Source: Octopus bimaculoides
Taxonomy: Eukaryota
DNA: 64,000 nt
Assembly (NCBI RefSeq): GCF_001194135.2
Contig: NC_068988.1
Location: 77,549,102-77,613,101, forward strand
Reading direction: 5' to 3'
Shown: positions 49,901 through 63,135 of the stretch, piece by piece
Position numbering within the stretch: position 1 is the stretch's first letter
Layout: every line of letters starts with the position of its first letter
Position numbers and translations under genes: made by a program
The notes under the pieces: model-generated
What the model was told of the DNA's origin: nothing
The model's input: only the letters and a program-made list of their open reading frames with translations
The model's database searches: none

Positions 49901-50639
49901 CTTTGTGGAGCCCTACACTACTTCACATCTGACCCAGCTTTGTCCTTTACATTTTGTATTAAGTTTTATTATTGCAATATATAATAATAAAAACTCTCAA
50001 ATACTAAGATGGCCTCCAAATGTTACTTTTGTATAATGGCATCATGCAGTGAATAACTGTCATGGCATCAGTTACTTTACAAGCATGAATGAGCAGAAAT
50101 GTGCTCACTCATAGATTTCATTTTGCAGCAAGAGTATTTTGTATACATGTACGATTCTCTGTTTATTAATTTTGTAAAACTAAAATAAAAAAAGAAAAGA
50201 TTCTATTCTAGCTTATTTCAGGGAAAGCTGCAATATATACAGACAATGTTTGCCTACATATACAACTACTCGAGCATTTTATGACATTGTGACTTAAAAA
50301 TTAGGTGGTGAATGAAGAAATAAAAGTGTATGTTTCATTTATCTAATGCACTTCAGTGAAAAATGTACAAAAGGTTAAATTTTTAGAGAATAGAAACTGA
50401 AATAGTGGTGTCATTTTAAAGTGTCCGAAAGTCAGTGGCATTAATACCATCACAGCCATAAACTCCAGCACTGAATCCATCATCAGGTATTGTACCAGAA
50501 TAATTAAATGGATGAAGGCAAACTTTGAGAATGTTGACAGAAAAACACAATAATTTCAGGGCTTTACCTAGGCAGATGTTGTTAGATTGTATTTCAATTG
50601 AAAGGATGAAGGAAGAGGATTTAACAAACACAGAACACT

Positions 50640-51540
50640 ATGTGGAGTTAAAAGTAGAGAAGTTTAGGTAGAATGTTACTGACAGCAGGAGATGCTGTTC
50701 TTGGCAGATAAGAAAAGAAGTTACGTTAAATGAAAGATGAAGTAAAATGAGGTGCTCAGAGCTATAAGGTACAAACAGAAAAGATTATGCACATAGTTTT
50801 TTTCAAAGCACTGAAGGGTATTGAGATCACCAGTCATTTCAGTGGTTTAAGAAGGAAATATCAAAGAAACAAAACAGGGTGTTTGATTCTAGATGCACAG
50901 GATCAAACAACCAGAGCAAGATATATCAGGAGGAACATAGATAAGGAAGACATTTCTGCTGAATATAGACTGAACATAAAATGTTTGCTCAGAAAGTCTA
51001 TAAGTACTGGAGGCATGACAGAGTTGCTGCAATCATACATTGACAAATCTGTACAATAATATGTATTTGAAAATATGGAAAATGGTATGACCATAAAACA
51101 AAAGACATCCTCAAAAATAACCATGTAAAGGTATTATGGGATATATAACTTCAAATGAATAGGCAATTAGAAAATTCATGCTCAGATGTTGTCATATTCA
51201 ACAGAAGGAAAGAGTGCATTGTTTAATTGATGTTGCTAGCCCATTTCATACAAAAGTGGTAAAAAAGAATGTGAGGGAATAGTAAAATTTCAAGACTTGA
51301 AATATTAACTTCAAACAATATGGAATTGCCATTAGGGTTTCATCATTCTAATTGTAAAAGGAACTGTAGAAAGAGTGGCAAGAAGTTTGTTGATGATGTT
51401 GACTGTACAGAAATCCTGTATGCTTGGCAGAGCAAAGACTATAAGAAATTGAAACACACCTAAGGTTGCAAGACACAACCTGACAGCAATCTAGTACCAG
51501 TCGAACAACCACATAATATCCAGTGAACAAAAGAGAGAGT
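50640..51540 (+). mobile_element. R4/Dong-like LINE C-terminal remnant (zinc finger plus RLE)
   Basis: GCLILDAQDQTTRARYIRRNID, NHVKVLWDI, DVVI, LIDVASP, K.QDLK..LQTIW. Confidence 0.7.
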
Positions 51541-51544
51541 AATA

Positions 51545-51760
51545 ATAATGGTTTCAAATTTTGGCATAAGGACAGCAAGTTTGGGAGAGGGAGTAAGCCA
51601 TTAACATCAACCCCAGAGTTCAACTGGTACTTATTTTATAGACCCCAAAAAGATGGAAGGCAAAGTTGAACCTTGTGGAATTTGAACTCAGAGCATCAAA
51701 ATAGATGAAATGCTGCTAAGCATTTTGCCCAGCATGCTAACAATTCTACCAGCTCATCAC
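51545..51760 (-). mobile_element. SINE family C
   Basis: Reverse complement similarity to 12906-13120. Confidence 0.8.
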
Positions 51761-51802
51761 ATTAATAACGACAACAGCAACAACAACAACAACAGCAACA
51801 AC

Positions 51803-51832
<30 letters not shown>

Positions 51833-51833
<1 letters not shown>

Positions 51834-52355
51834 GTACCAGGCAGTGGCTCTCATGGCTTCTGATCTTAATTGATTGGAAGTGTTATCATGTACATTGTTT
51901 TGTCTTGGTATAAAAGATGGGATACAGCAAATATTCTGCTTAATATCACAGATTTGCTTGTCAGTTGTTTGACCATAACCAGTTGAGCATGTCCCTTGGT
52001 GGCTGACGATATGTGCATCTCTGATCATGAGCAGAAGTAGTGGGAGAGCATCATAGCCATGTGGTGAGAGGAATTCTTTGGGGTTTGAATAATTCATCTT
52101 CGGAAACATGCGTGTTTTGCTCAACATCTTTAAACAAACTTTATTCAGGGACCTTTTGAGTGGGATGGGCTACTCAACCTGAAGAAAATTCTAACTGGGC
52201 CCCACCTGCGAGGTCATGCACTGTTTATCTTGATATGAGATCACATGTCGTACACATATGGTTGTGATGCATGTGCCTGGTGTACTCTTATCCGACGGGT
52301 AGTTATGATGGGTATATTTTACCTCAGTGTCACTTTGATGGCATGCACTGCTCTC

Positions 52356-52356
<1 letters not shown>
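51833..52356. mobile_element. Unclassified 520-bp non-coding element bounded by (AAT)n on both sides
   Basis: (AAT)n|agtaccaggcagtgg...gcactgctctct|(AAT)n. Confidence 0.6.
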
Positions 52357-52384
<28 letters not shown>

Positions 52385-52386
<2 letters not shown>

Positions 52387-52733
52387 TACAGATAGTAACA
52401 ATAAATGATAAACCTAACTACAGACAGTATATGGATTTATCAAAGAAATACACGGGAAATTCAGCTAAGAAAAATATGCTAAAGCAAGTTTGGAAAGTGG
52501 AAAACTAGTTACGGGTAACAATATCACACTAGATAAAGAAAACGAAATAAGAGAATTAGACCAAACCCAGACATACAAATACTTAGGAATCAATGAACTA
52601 GATACAGTATAGCACACACAAATGAAAGAGAAAATAAAAAAGGAATACTATAGATGAGTTAGATTAATACCTAAAATAGAGCTCAATGCAAAAACGAAGA
52701 TAGTAGGTACCAATACTCTAACTGTCCCAGTTA
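52385..52733 (+). mobile_element. R4/Dong-like RT fragment directly after (AAT)n
   Basis: AKASLESGKLV...IRELDQTQTYKYLGINE...MKEKIKKEYYR*VRLI...ELNAKTKIVGTNTLTVPV. Confidence 0.8.
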
Positions 52734-52735
52734 TA

Positions 52736-53030
52736 TGAGGAGGTACCCAAAAGTAACCAGAAACGTTCTCTGTGGGACAAGCCCGTTGTAGAAACCACTT
52801 GATGTAACCCTCTGGTACCAGTCTGCCAACAGACATCATCACTTGCAGTTGTACTGTCATGTGGTGCATCATTGTTTTGCAGTGCTTCTCCCTTGTTCTT
52901 TGATTTTTGTGATAGCTGAAACTTAAGAACAGCATGCCTCCGTGAAATTCTGTTTTCTGCTGGGCAAAATGGTAGCCAAAACAGTTGTCATGCTTCAAAC
53001 AGCCTACAAGGATGCTGCCAAGAGTACCCT
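52736..53030 (+). mobile_element. Mariner left end (same family as 25725-26139)
   Basis: TA|tgaggaggtacccaaaagtaacc TIR; EQHASVKFCFLLGKMVAKTVVMLQTAYKD. Confidence 0.8.
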
Positions 53031-53429
53031 AGTTCAGGGTAGAAAAAAAGGGAAGATGAATCTGAGTAGCTTTGCATTGCTTACAGTCTTACAATCAGAT
53101 TTAAACTTTACTTATAACAATTTATTACAGAAGATATAACTAACAATCCAGATTATCTTAGAACAAGGTGTAACACACTATGAATTAAGACACACACACA
53201 CACACACACACACAACTACTATATAAATATATGTATAGTCTTACATAGTCTTTTATTGGTTTTAGCTAGAGGGTGTCACATTACTTGGACACCAAATACA
53301 TACATAGGTATGGTGTGTCTGACTCTGTGTGTGTGTTTGTGAGTGTGAATATACGTGTATCATCATTATCATGTATATGTTTACATATATATTTATGTAT
53401 ACATATATATATTTGTGTGTGTGGGGGGG

Positions 53430-53479
<50 letters not shown>

Positions 53480-53514
53480 AAAGATTAAATCAAATTTCAC
53501 CTGTGCCTTGGAAA

Positions 53515-53900
53515 ATCTAATCTATGCCATTACCTGCTTAGGGTGCTGTAACCACTATGTATATTGGCCAAACAGGAATATCTCTCAGTCGAAGAATCAC
53601 TCTTCACAAAGAACAAATCCGCCACCCACAATACAGACAGATACAGGTCAGTGAACACATAGAAAGGTGTGCTAGGAACCTTAATACTAATTTTCCCCTT
53701 CTATCAACGTTCACAGAACACTTCAGTACAGCAAAGAATGAATAAAGAAGCAACTTTCATCAATAAATATCATCTACAACTTAACACAAACACAACATAA
53801 TACAGAACACTACTAACCTTACCACTAACTCCCATACATTCCATACATCATTCGTATTACAGTATTATATTGACCCTAATTGCACCACATCCAGAACTAC
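53515..53900 (+). mobile_element. PLE GIY-YIG endonuclease remnant
   Basis: YIGQTGISLSRRITLHKEQIRHPQYRQIQVSEHIERCA. Confidence 0.8.
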
Positions 53901-54340
53901 TTACCTCCCTTACACATAATTTTTTTACTCAGGAACTAGGAGACCCAAGACTGTTTGGTAATTGGTGCACATTCAAAGCCAGTGAACAACAATGACGATA
54001 TGACTTTGAATCTCTTAGCAATTCAAAATAATGACTTTTATTTCTCTTAATTCTACCTAAGTTCATCTAATTGTATATATTTATAGCTACTTATCATAAA
54101 AAGGCCTTTATTATTTTTATATTCAGTCTGCATTTTCGCTTTTTTTCTTCTTACTTTCCCTCTATCTTTTCCACGTGTAGTTTCTATTTTCTGTTTGAAA
54201 TATATTTCTATTATATATATATATATATATATATATATNNNNNNNNNNNNNNNNNNNNNNNNNNNNNNNNNNNNNNNNNNNNNNNNNNNNNNNNNNNNNN
54301 NNNNNNNNNNNNNNNNNNNNNNNNNNNNNNNNNNNNNNNN

Positions 54341-55047
54341 TATTGCCAGTTTAGCCAATAAAAACACACGCAATGTATATTTGGTGTTAATTTGCTTCAG
54401 CTTTATATTACATTAATCTTAATCTTATTTCGGCCAGAGTTCTTTCGTCACACTTCTGTGACCTCATCAGTGGTCCTTTGTTTCCTTCTTTCTTATGTGT
54501 GTCTCACCTTGCTAACTATCAGCCATTTTGTATTTTGTATTCCTATTGTATGTGTCTACGCATGCGTGTCCTTCAATGTGTCTGTGTCTTTTGTAAGTGC
54601 ATGTGTGTATGGGGAGTGTCTGTATCACCTATATTCTCTGTTAATACGTATTCGTTTGTATTTGTTTTTATTTATTTATTAGTTCATGTGTGTGTGTTTT
54701 TTTTTGTTTTTTTTGTGTTTAATTAAATTTTGTTAACGTATGTAGTATTTAATTCCATTTGTTTATCTATGTGTTGTATTATACTTTGTTCATATTATTA
54801 TTGGTTTATGGGTAACATGTTGTCACATGCTGTGGTTTGTTAGTGGTGTGTGTTAGTGTTCCATTCTAGTTTCCTATTCAGGCTAGGTTTCTCTTCTATT
54901 ATGTGTGTAGCTTCAGTAATTTGTCTAAGTGCTGCATCACTGCTATGTGTCGATAAGATTTTAATTTCTATGTTGTTGATTGAGCCTCTATGTTCTTGCT
55001 CAGCGTGCTGGTACAGAACTGATGAGTTCTTCCCTTCCTTAAGTTCC
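54341..55047 (-). mobile_element. PLE 3' end (GIY-YIG C-terminus plus pseudo-LTR), flanked by gaps
   Basis: SSVLYQHAEQEH...IKILST...RQITEATHIIEEKPSLNRKLEW; downstream segment matches 19071-19386. Confidence 0.85.
54432..54476 (-). ncRNA. Minimal type-I hammerhead motif, identical to 19251-19295
   Basis: Exact reverse complement over 45 nt. Confidence 0.75.
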
Positions 55048-56496
55048 NNNNNNNNNNNNNNNNNNNNNNNNNNNNNNNNNNNNNNNNNNNNNNNNNNNNN
55101 NNNNNNNNNNNNNNNNNNNNNNNNNNNNNNNNNNNNNNNNNNNNNNNNNNNNNNNNNNNNNNNNNNNNNNNNNNNNNNNNNNNNNNNNNNNNNNNNNNNN
55201 NNNNNNNNNNNNNNNNNNNNNNNNNNNNNNNNNNNNNNNNNNNNNNNNNNNNNNNNNNNNNNNNNNNNNNNNNNNNNNNNNNNNNNNNNNNNNNNNNNNN
55301 NNNNNNNNNNNNNNNNNNNNNNNNNNNNNNNNNNNNNNNNNNNNNNNNNNNNNNNNNNNNNNNNNNNNNNNNNNNNNNNNNNNNNNNNNNNNNNNNNNNN
55401 NNNNNNNNNNNNNNNNNNNNNNNNNNNNNNNNNNNNNNNNNNNNNNNNNNNNNNNNNNNNNNNNNNNNNNNNNNNNNNNNNNNNNNNNNNNNNNNNNNNN
55501 NNNNNNNNNNNNNNNNNNNNNNNNNNNNNNNNNNNNNNNNNNNNNNNNNNNNNNNNNNNNNNNNNNNNNNNNNNNNNNNNNNNNNNNNNNNNNNNNNNNN
55601 NNNNNNNNNNNNNNNNNNNNNNNNNNNNNNNNNNNNNNNNNNNNNNNNNNNNNNNNNNNNNNNNNNNNNNNNNNNNNNNNNNNNNNNNNNNNNNNNNNNN
55701 NNNNNNNNNNNNNNNNNNNNNNNNNNNNNNNNNNNNNNNNNNNNNNNNNNNNNNNNNNNNNNNNNNNNNNNNNNNNNNNNNNNNNNNNNNNNNNNNNNNN
55801 NNNNNNNNNNNNNNNNNNNNNNNNNNNNNNNNNTATATATACACACATATATACATAAATGTATGTGTACTTTATATATGCTTAGTGTGTAATATCGTAC
55901 TTTTGGAGTGGCATTCTGACAATAATATCATCATCAGATATACTGGTTGTGGCTTACATCTTTATTCTTAATTAATTAATTGACTAATTAATTAATTAAT
56001 GAGCTAACAATTGTTCACCATACAGCTGTATCTGGTTCAACAACCTCCTAATCTTGCAATAAATTCTTTTCCTTTCTGTGTTTTATATTTATGGTATTTG
56101 TGTTGGTGCGCATGCTTGTGCATATGTGTGTGTGCATGCATAGGTGTGTACGTCAATGGAGGTGTACTTGCTGTATACTCTATGTTTATGGTGCTGAGCA
56201 TCTTTGTGTATGTGTGCATCACTCAATATGCATGAGCCTTTGTTTTGGTGTTTTTATTTTTGTTAGCATTCACTCACTTTCTCTCTTTCACACAAACACA
56301 CACATGCACTTATAGTTTTCACAACTAGTAAACATGTCAAAATATGACCACCACAGTAGAAAAGAGACACAAAACGTAATTATGCTGATTATATATATTC
56401 ATATATTAATGATTAAGCTATTTGCAACTGTACACTTATTTCTCTATGAAATATGTCAACATCCTACAATTGTTAACAATTACTATTATTTTTAAA

Positions 56497-57090
56497 ACAG
56501 TGAACTGACAGAATCGTTAGCATGCCAGACCAAATGCTTAGCGGCATTTTGTCCGTCTTTATGTTCTGAGTTCAAATTCTGCCAAGATCGACTTTGTCTT
56601 TCATCCTTTCAGGGTCAATAGAATAAGTACCATTTGAACACTGGGGCCTTGTGCCAAAATTTGAAACTAAGGCAGGAAGCTGACAGAACCGTTAGCATGC
56701 CAGGCAAAATGTTTAGCATTTTGTCTGTCCTTACATTCTGAATTCAAATTCTGCTGCAGTCAGCTTTGCCTTTCATCCTTTCATGGTTGATAAAATAAGT
56801 AATCGACTTGACCCCAGCCCTGAAATTGTTGGCCAAAATATGAAATCATTACTACTACTACTGTTACTACTGGTACTATTTAGGTGGCAATCTCGTACAG
56901 TCATTACTGTGTTGAACAAAGTGCTTAGTGGCATTTCTTTTGGCTTTATGCTCTGATTCAGCAGATACCACTGAAATCAACTTTGCCTTTCATCTGTTTA
57001 GAGTTAACAAAATAAGTACCAGTTGTGCACTGGTGTATCATGTAATCAACTTTTGAAAATTGCTAGCCTTGAGCCAAAATTTGAAATCAT
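56497..57090 (+). mobile_element. Cluster of three SINE family C copies
   Basis: Repeated ctgacagaatcgttagcatgcc...gagttcaaattct...catcctttc...aataagtacc. Confidence 0.75.
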
Positions 57091-57109
57091 TATTATTGTT
57101 GCTGTTATT

Positions 57110-57830
57110 CAGTAATCTTATTTTTATCACATGCTTTTACTAACTTGGGTTTGTGTTGTGATTTGTCTTGGTGTTGTAATTTTTACTGTTTTGAAAGTGT
57201 TTCATGTTGGATGAGTGCAGTGCATAGCAGTGCTATTTTCTGTATGTTATATATATTCATAAGTCATGATGTTTTGGTTATGTATTTATCTTAGTGATTT
57301 TTAGTCATACCTAATGCCCCTATTATCATTGGGATTGTTTCTACTTTTAGGCTCTATATTTGGGTTACCTCTATTTCTAGATCTCTTTGTATTTTGAGAG
57401 TTTCTCTGTTTCTTTTAGAGATACATTGTCATCTGTTGGAATAGATACATCGATTAGAAGTCATTTTTTCTCTTGATGATCTCTGATAACTATATCCAGT
57501 CTATTAGCCTTGGTTTCTTTATCTGTGTTTATTGGCATATTCCAGAGCATGGTTGCTTTGTCATTTTCTGAGACCCTTTTGGCAGTGTGCCTATACCATC
57601 TTTTTTTTGTTGTTATTCCATAGTGCTGGCATAGCTTCCAGGTTCCAACTCTGTCATGTCTGTGAATATATTTTTTCTAAGCCAGGACTGGGCAGCCAGA
57701 GACTATATGATCTATTGTTTCTCCCCCACCACCACATATTCTGTAGTTGCTTGTTGAATGTTAACATCCAGATCATCTTTTACAATGGTTATAATTCAGG
57801 ATATTCTTACTAGTCTGATTGACCTCAGAT
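57110..57830 (-). mobile_element. R4/Dong-like LINE 3' end (CCHC plus RLE)
   Basis: Minus CPVLA*KKYIHRHDRVG.WKLCQHYG...ENDKATMLWNMPINTDKETKANRLDIVI...LLIDVSIP...EKLSKYK...IIGALG...IQKIALL. Confidence 0.88.
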
Positions 57831-57864
57831 TTAGTAGGGCAGATGAGCTCAATTGGTGGTTTAA

Positions 57865-58075
57865 TATTGATTTCAAATTTTGGCACAAGGCCAGTAAGTT
57901 CAGGAGAGGGGAAAAAGTTAATGACATCGACTATAGTGCTCAACTGATACTTATTTTATTGACCCCCAAAAGGATGAAAGGCAAAGTCGATCTCAGTGGC
58001 ATTTGAATTTAGAGTGTAATGACAGATGTCATGCCACTAAGCATTTTACCGAGCATGCTAACATCTCTGCATAGT
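57865..58075 (-). mobile_element. SINE family C
   Basis: Reverse complement similarity to 12906-13120. Confidence 0.8.
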
Positions 58076-59321
58076 CAATGCCTTTTGATGGTTTAATATT
58101 AGAATCCATTTTATGGTCCTTCTAATGGAAATGGAGAGATTTAGGAGTATGTAGTTCCATTTGATCATCCACTTCCAACTTCTGCTAACAACTCACCCCT
58201 CACATGTTTAAATATATAAATGTCATAATCTAACTTGATACCAATTGTTTGTCTGTTTTTACTTTCATTCTAATAACTTGTACCTGCTCAATTGATAAAC
58301 TGCCTATAGTCAATTGTTTTTAGGTAGCTATAACATCCCTACTTTTAGTTGCAGTGCAAGTTGGTGTTCAAACAGCAAATTAATCTGAGCACAAATTGTA
58401 TGTACCTATTGCCTTACATTTACAAACTTAAATTATCTGAATTCTACATATGTATATATGTATGTGTATTCATTCAGTTTATTTGTTGCCTGGTTGTATC
58501 CTGTTACATTCAATGTATTGTGTTGGAAACCTTAAGTTTCTTAACTTTTCTATGCTTCTATTCACCTAGCTGTGAATACACAGTTGGAAAAACTCACAAT
58601 TCTCAGTTACAAAATCACGAAGGATCCACTGACTTGTAGTGTTTTATTCAGTTCTGCCTATGCGTTGGTCTCTTCTCTAAGGATTTTCTCTAGATACACA
58701 CCCTAAACGATGGTGAAGTCTTTAATAGTGACTCTGACTCAGTGGCTAAAGTAACCTACCAAATCCACTGTTCAAAACAACAATTTACCAAAGTTTCTAT
58801 ACTATAGAACTTACCTTAGATATACACAAAACATATGAGTGTTATTTAAATTCTGTAAAAACATTATCTAAAGCTTTATTATTAAAGAGATTAGTCTTTT
58901 AATCTTTTTAGCAAAATAAACAGGCTGGTAGAGCAGTTCTTCCATTCTTTAGTTTGCTTCAACTATCACAACTAAGCCCATCCTGGAGCACCACTTGTAT
59001 AGTTCGATGTTCTATGCTATTTGTGTCATCTCTGAATGTATCCAGGGTTCCAGTGTATGAGTTATTCATTGTATTTAGGCTCTCTAATTAGTTGGAGCTA
59101 CTTTACTTTGGTTGTAACCTCTATTCAGATGAATGATCTGGCATACCATAGACAAATTCATCTTGATTACTTTCAATAGAAACATTATTACAAAATATAA
59201 AAAGACAAGCCGGAGCAAGACGTCTGGTGCCAATATGAGTCGCAGGCTCAGGGATGTGGGAGTGCCGTGATCTCTAGCACAAACCAAAGATCCCCAAAAT
59301 GTCCAATACCATTCCCTGCAT

Positions 59322-59352
<31 letters not shown>

Positions 59353-60853
59353 CATACATACATCAGTAAACTTCATAGTTTACTGATGTATGTATGGTGA
59401 GACAGAGAACAAAAGTTATATATGTATGTATGTATGTATATGGAGGGGGAATTTAAATTCAGATGCAGCAACTGTCTTTCTATATTTAGACATCCTGTGA
59501 AGAGTCATGCAACTACACACTTGGCATTAATCTGGAAACATCAACTACAATATCAAACGAAAGATCCTTTCTATGACCAAGCTTTATATTAATGGGACAG
59601 AATGATATTCCATATGTTTGCATGAATAAGTGTATCTTTTAAAAATATTAACAATCTCCAGGGACTATATAAATTCTAGGAGTGAATTTTTTTCATCATG
59701 GCCAACATGTAGACACACACTTGCTTTTGTATGTACATCTGTGTGTTTCTGAAAGAATTACTGTTGTCCAATGAATAAAAACTAACTTGTTTCTCATAGG
59801 AAATTGAACCCACTAATGTAACTAAGTATAACTCTATTCCAGTAATTAATGTAGCAATCTACTGACTATGCTACTCCATCCCCACAGTTCCATGTTGAAC
59901 CTGATACTGATGGCCATTTATCGCAATTCCTGCTTCTTTTCAATTGCAATCATTTCTTTGTCTGTTAATCTTCCACATGAAGTATGAGAGAAAACAAGGG
60001 ATGATGAGAATAATATAAGACATCCATGCTGGAACTGGGAATCAAAAATAGGTGCAAGACACAGGTTATTGCTACAAACAATAGTTCCTGTCTCAATATT
60101 TTAGAAATAAATCAACATCAGGATGATTTTTTAAATAGAACAAAATGTCTGTGATTTATATGAGGAGCTAAATGAAGTTGTGCATCTTTGTAGATTTATG
60201 GTTCTTATTTTCTCTTTCTTCTGAAGAGTATTAGCATTAGAAGCGGAATGGCTACAAGCTGGATTTAATATGGAGTATGTATCACGATTACCATCAACTT
60301 GCTGCTGCTGGTGCTGGTGCTACTGTTGTCTGTCGGTAGTAAATCATAATATTGATTTCTCATCTGGGCACAAGGCCAAATACTGAACGACATTAGTGCA
60401 GTTGATTGAATTAACACCAAAATATTACTGGTAATTATTTTTTATCTCTCAAATCCTTATAAAGAATTTGATCTCAGTCTAGGCACAGTCATGTACCTAA
60501 CAAGTTCACTTCAAAATCAGGTAGTTCTTGGTTCAGTTGCACTGTATGATACACTTTGTGCAACTATCTCTTATGATTCCTTCAGCTTAATGATTACCAT
60601 GTGAATGGGATTATATTTTAGAATTAGGTTGATAGAATCTGTGCAATGCCATGTCTGATGTTGATATCTGTCTATTTATCTATCTATCTGTCTGTCTGTC
60701 TAGCTAGCTACATACATCATACATGCATGCATACATACATACATATATATATATATGTATATATAAGATACAGAAATAAATTTATTTCTGTATCTTACTA
60801 TACATCTCAAAGCTTCTAAAGACAAACTTTGTTTGTTTACTTTCATCGTAAAG

Positions 60854-60884
<31 letters not shown>

Positions 60885-60997
60885 CATGGTCATACACACA
60901 CACACACACACACACTCACATAATTATTACAAAAATATAAAGGAAAACCTTTACTGCGGCAAAACTAATCAGCACTCTATAAGAGCAAATAATACCA

Positions 60998-61821
60998 TAA
61001 ATCAAAATGAAGGATAAACTTTCAAAGGTGAAATTCCTTTATCAAAATTCATATACGGTATCAAAATACATAAATGTAGACTCATCAAAAGTTTTAGGTG
61101 TCAACCATTCCAATATTACAAGTGAACGATGATGTTAGATGAGCAGTAGTATATAATAGCATATATATCTTTACGATCATTTCAAGAAATGGCCACATTA
61201 CCCTCATCAGAGGTACATTAAGCGGTTAAAATATTTAAAAAATAGTTTTAAAATAGTTTTCAAATATCATCTACTTACAGAGGATAGGAGTGTTTCAGAA
61301 TAATGTTATAGCTTTTTAGAAAAGTTTGTAAGGATGTTGTAAAAATCTTTGTAAAATGAAAAATATTTGTAAGAATAAAATATTTGTGCCAATAAAGATG
61401 AAGATATTTGTAAAAGTAGAATGCAAAGTTCCATAAAATTGTGAATGTAATATCAGATGAATATTTTCATATAAAAGGAATGAGGACGATATTTCATGTT
61501 CAACCCAAGTTAACAGTTTAAATAAGCTGTTGGATTGTTAATAGTTAATCATAGAGTGAATCCATGTACATGGAATGTTGGTGGAGATGAGGGAAATGTA
61601 CCATTTATATTAATTGGAAGATTTGTCCAGTACAAACACAATTTCCTGAAACGATTGTAAGGATATATACTACTGCTCATCTAACTTCATCATTGACTTG
61701 TAATATTAGAATGCTTGACACCTAAAAATTTTGATGAATCTATATCTATGTATTTTGATAACATAAATGAATTTTGATAAAAGAGTTTCACCTGTGTAAG
61801 TTTGTCCTCCACTTTGATTTA
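60998..61821. mobile_element. Palindromic element with about 160-bp conserved inverted arms and decayed hammerheads reading outward
   Basis: 60998-61155 is the reverse complement of 61665-61821; HHR remnants at 61165-61215 (-) and 61585-61668 (+). Confidence 0.8.
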
Positions 61822-61823
61822 CA

Positions 61824-61893
<70 letters not shown>

Positions 61894-61904
61894 GAGGGAG
61901 AGAG

Positions 61905-62001
61905 GCACAAGCATCTTCTATTATCATCTCAGGCCGACCAAAACCTCATGAGTGCATTTGGTAGACAGAAATGAAAGAAGTCTGTCATACAAGTATATAT
62001 G

Positions 62002-62037
<36 letters not shown>

Positions 62038-62230
62038 ATGTCTCTGTGTCTGTGACAACTGGTGTTGGTGTGTTTACATCTCTGTAACTTAGTGGTTCAG
62101 CAAAACTGAATAAGTATCAGGCTTAAATAAAAAGTATTGGGGATTATTCATTCAACTAAAAATTCTTCAAGGTGATGCCTCAGCTTTGCTGCAGTCTCAC
62201 AACTGAAACAACTACATGAAAAAATAAAGA
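61905..62230 (+). mobile_element. SINE family A (5'-truncated)
   Basis: Similarity to 26275-26625. Confidence 0.8.
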
Positions 62231-63135
62231 ATATAAATACACACACACACACACACACACAAAAGTGTGCATCTGTGTTAGCATATATTTTTAAGATTAG
62301 GTTAACCAGTGTAAATTAATTTCAAACTGTAACTTTAGGATTCAGTAGAGATTAATAGAATAAGTAACTGACTGAAAACTTCACTCAGTTCAATATGATT
62401 GGCTAAAAACAGTGCCTGAACAGGGTCGCAGTCCAATGACTAAACCCAGTTAGAAAATAAGCATATAGAAGATGAGTCAGACTAAACACAATAATGTCAT
62501 CTAGATCACACTATCATTTCTACCAATTGTTGTCCCATGTCATTATAAAACAATTTACTGTAGACTCAATTTTTATTCTTAACTTTCTTCATATTTTCAA
62601 ACACAAAATAGCTCAAGGTATTTAAAATTCTATTTGGAACTAAAACACTTGAACATAACAAAAGTGAAATTTACAAAGCATTATATAGTTTCATCTGATT
62701 GTTGATGCTTTAATGTCAAAAGAAGTGTAGGGCAGGAATCGTTAGATGAAATTGCTGATAGTTTTTGGGGCTTCCAGAAGATGAAGAACTTGCAAAGGTT
62801 AACTTGAATGAGTTTCATGGCATGTAACTAATTATACTTTCAAGAATAGCTGTGTGACATGACCCAGGGGTGCGGTCATCATAAGAACCAAATAGTTCAA
62901 TGGAAGGTAATATAGTGAGAGAAGTAATTTTTTATTTATTAAACTTAACTCATGTAATGAGATGAAACAATCATTAGTTTAATGCTTCATTCTGGTCAGA
63001 ATAAACCAAGGGGTATAATTGTGGAATATGTTAAAAGTGAAAATTAAATGGGAGTGTGTAGTGGGGAATGATTGGTATCTTGGCTGTATGGTGACAACTG
63101 CGGATATATTTTAGTTTTATTAACGTCTTCAGTGG

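Noticed and set aside
53960-54050. Possible hammerhead downstream of the GIY-YIG remnant (atgacga..tttgaa/ttcaaa)
   Set aside because: Core too degenerate; no GAAA or stem III.
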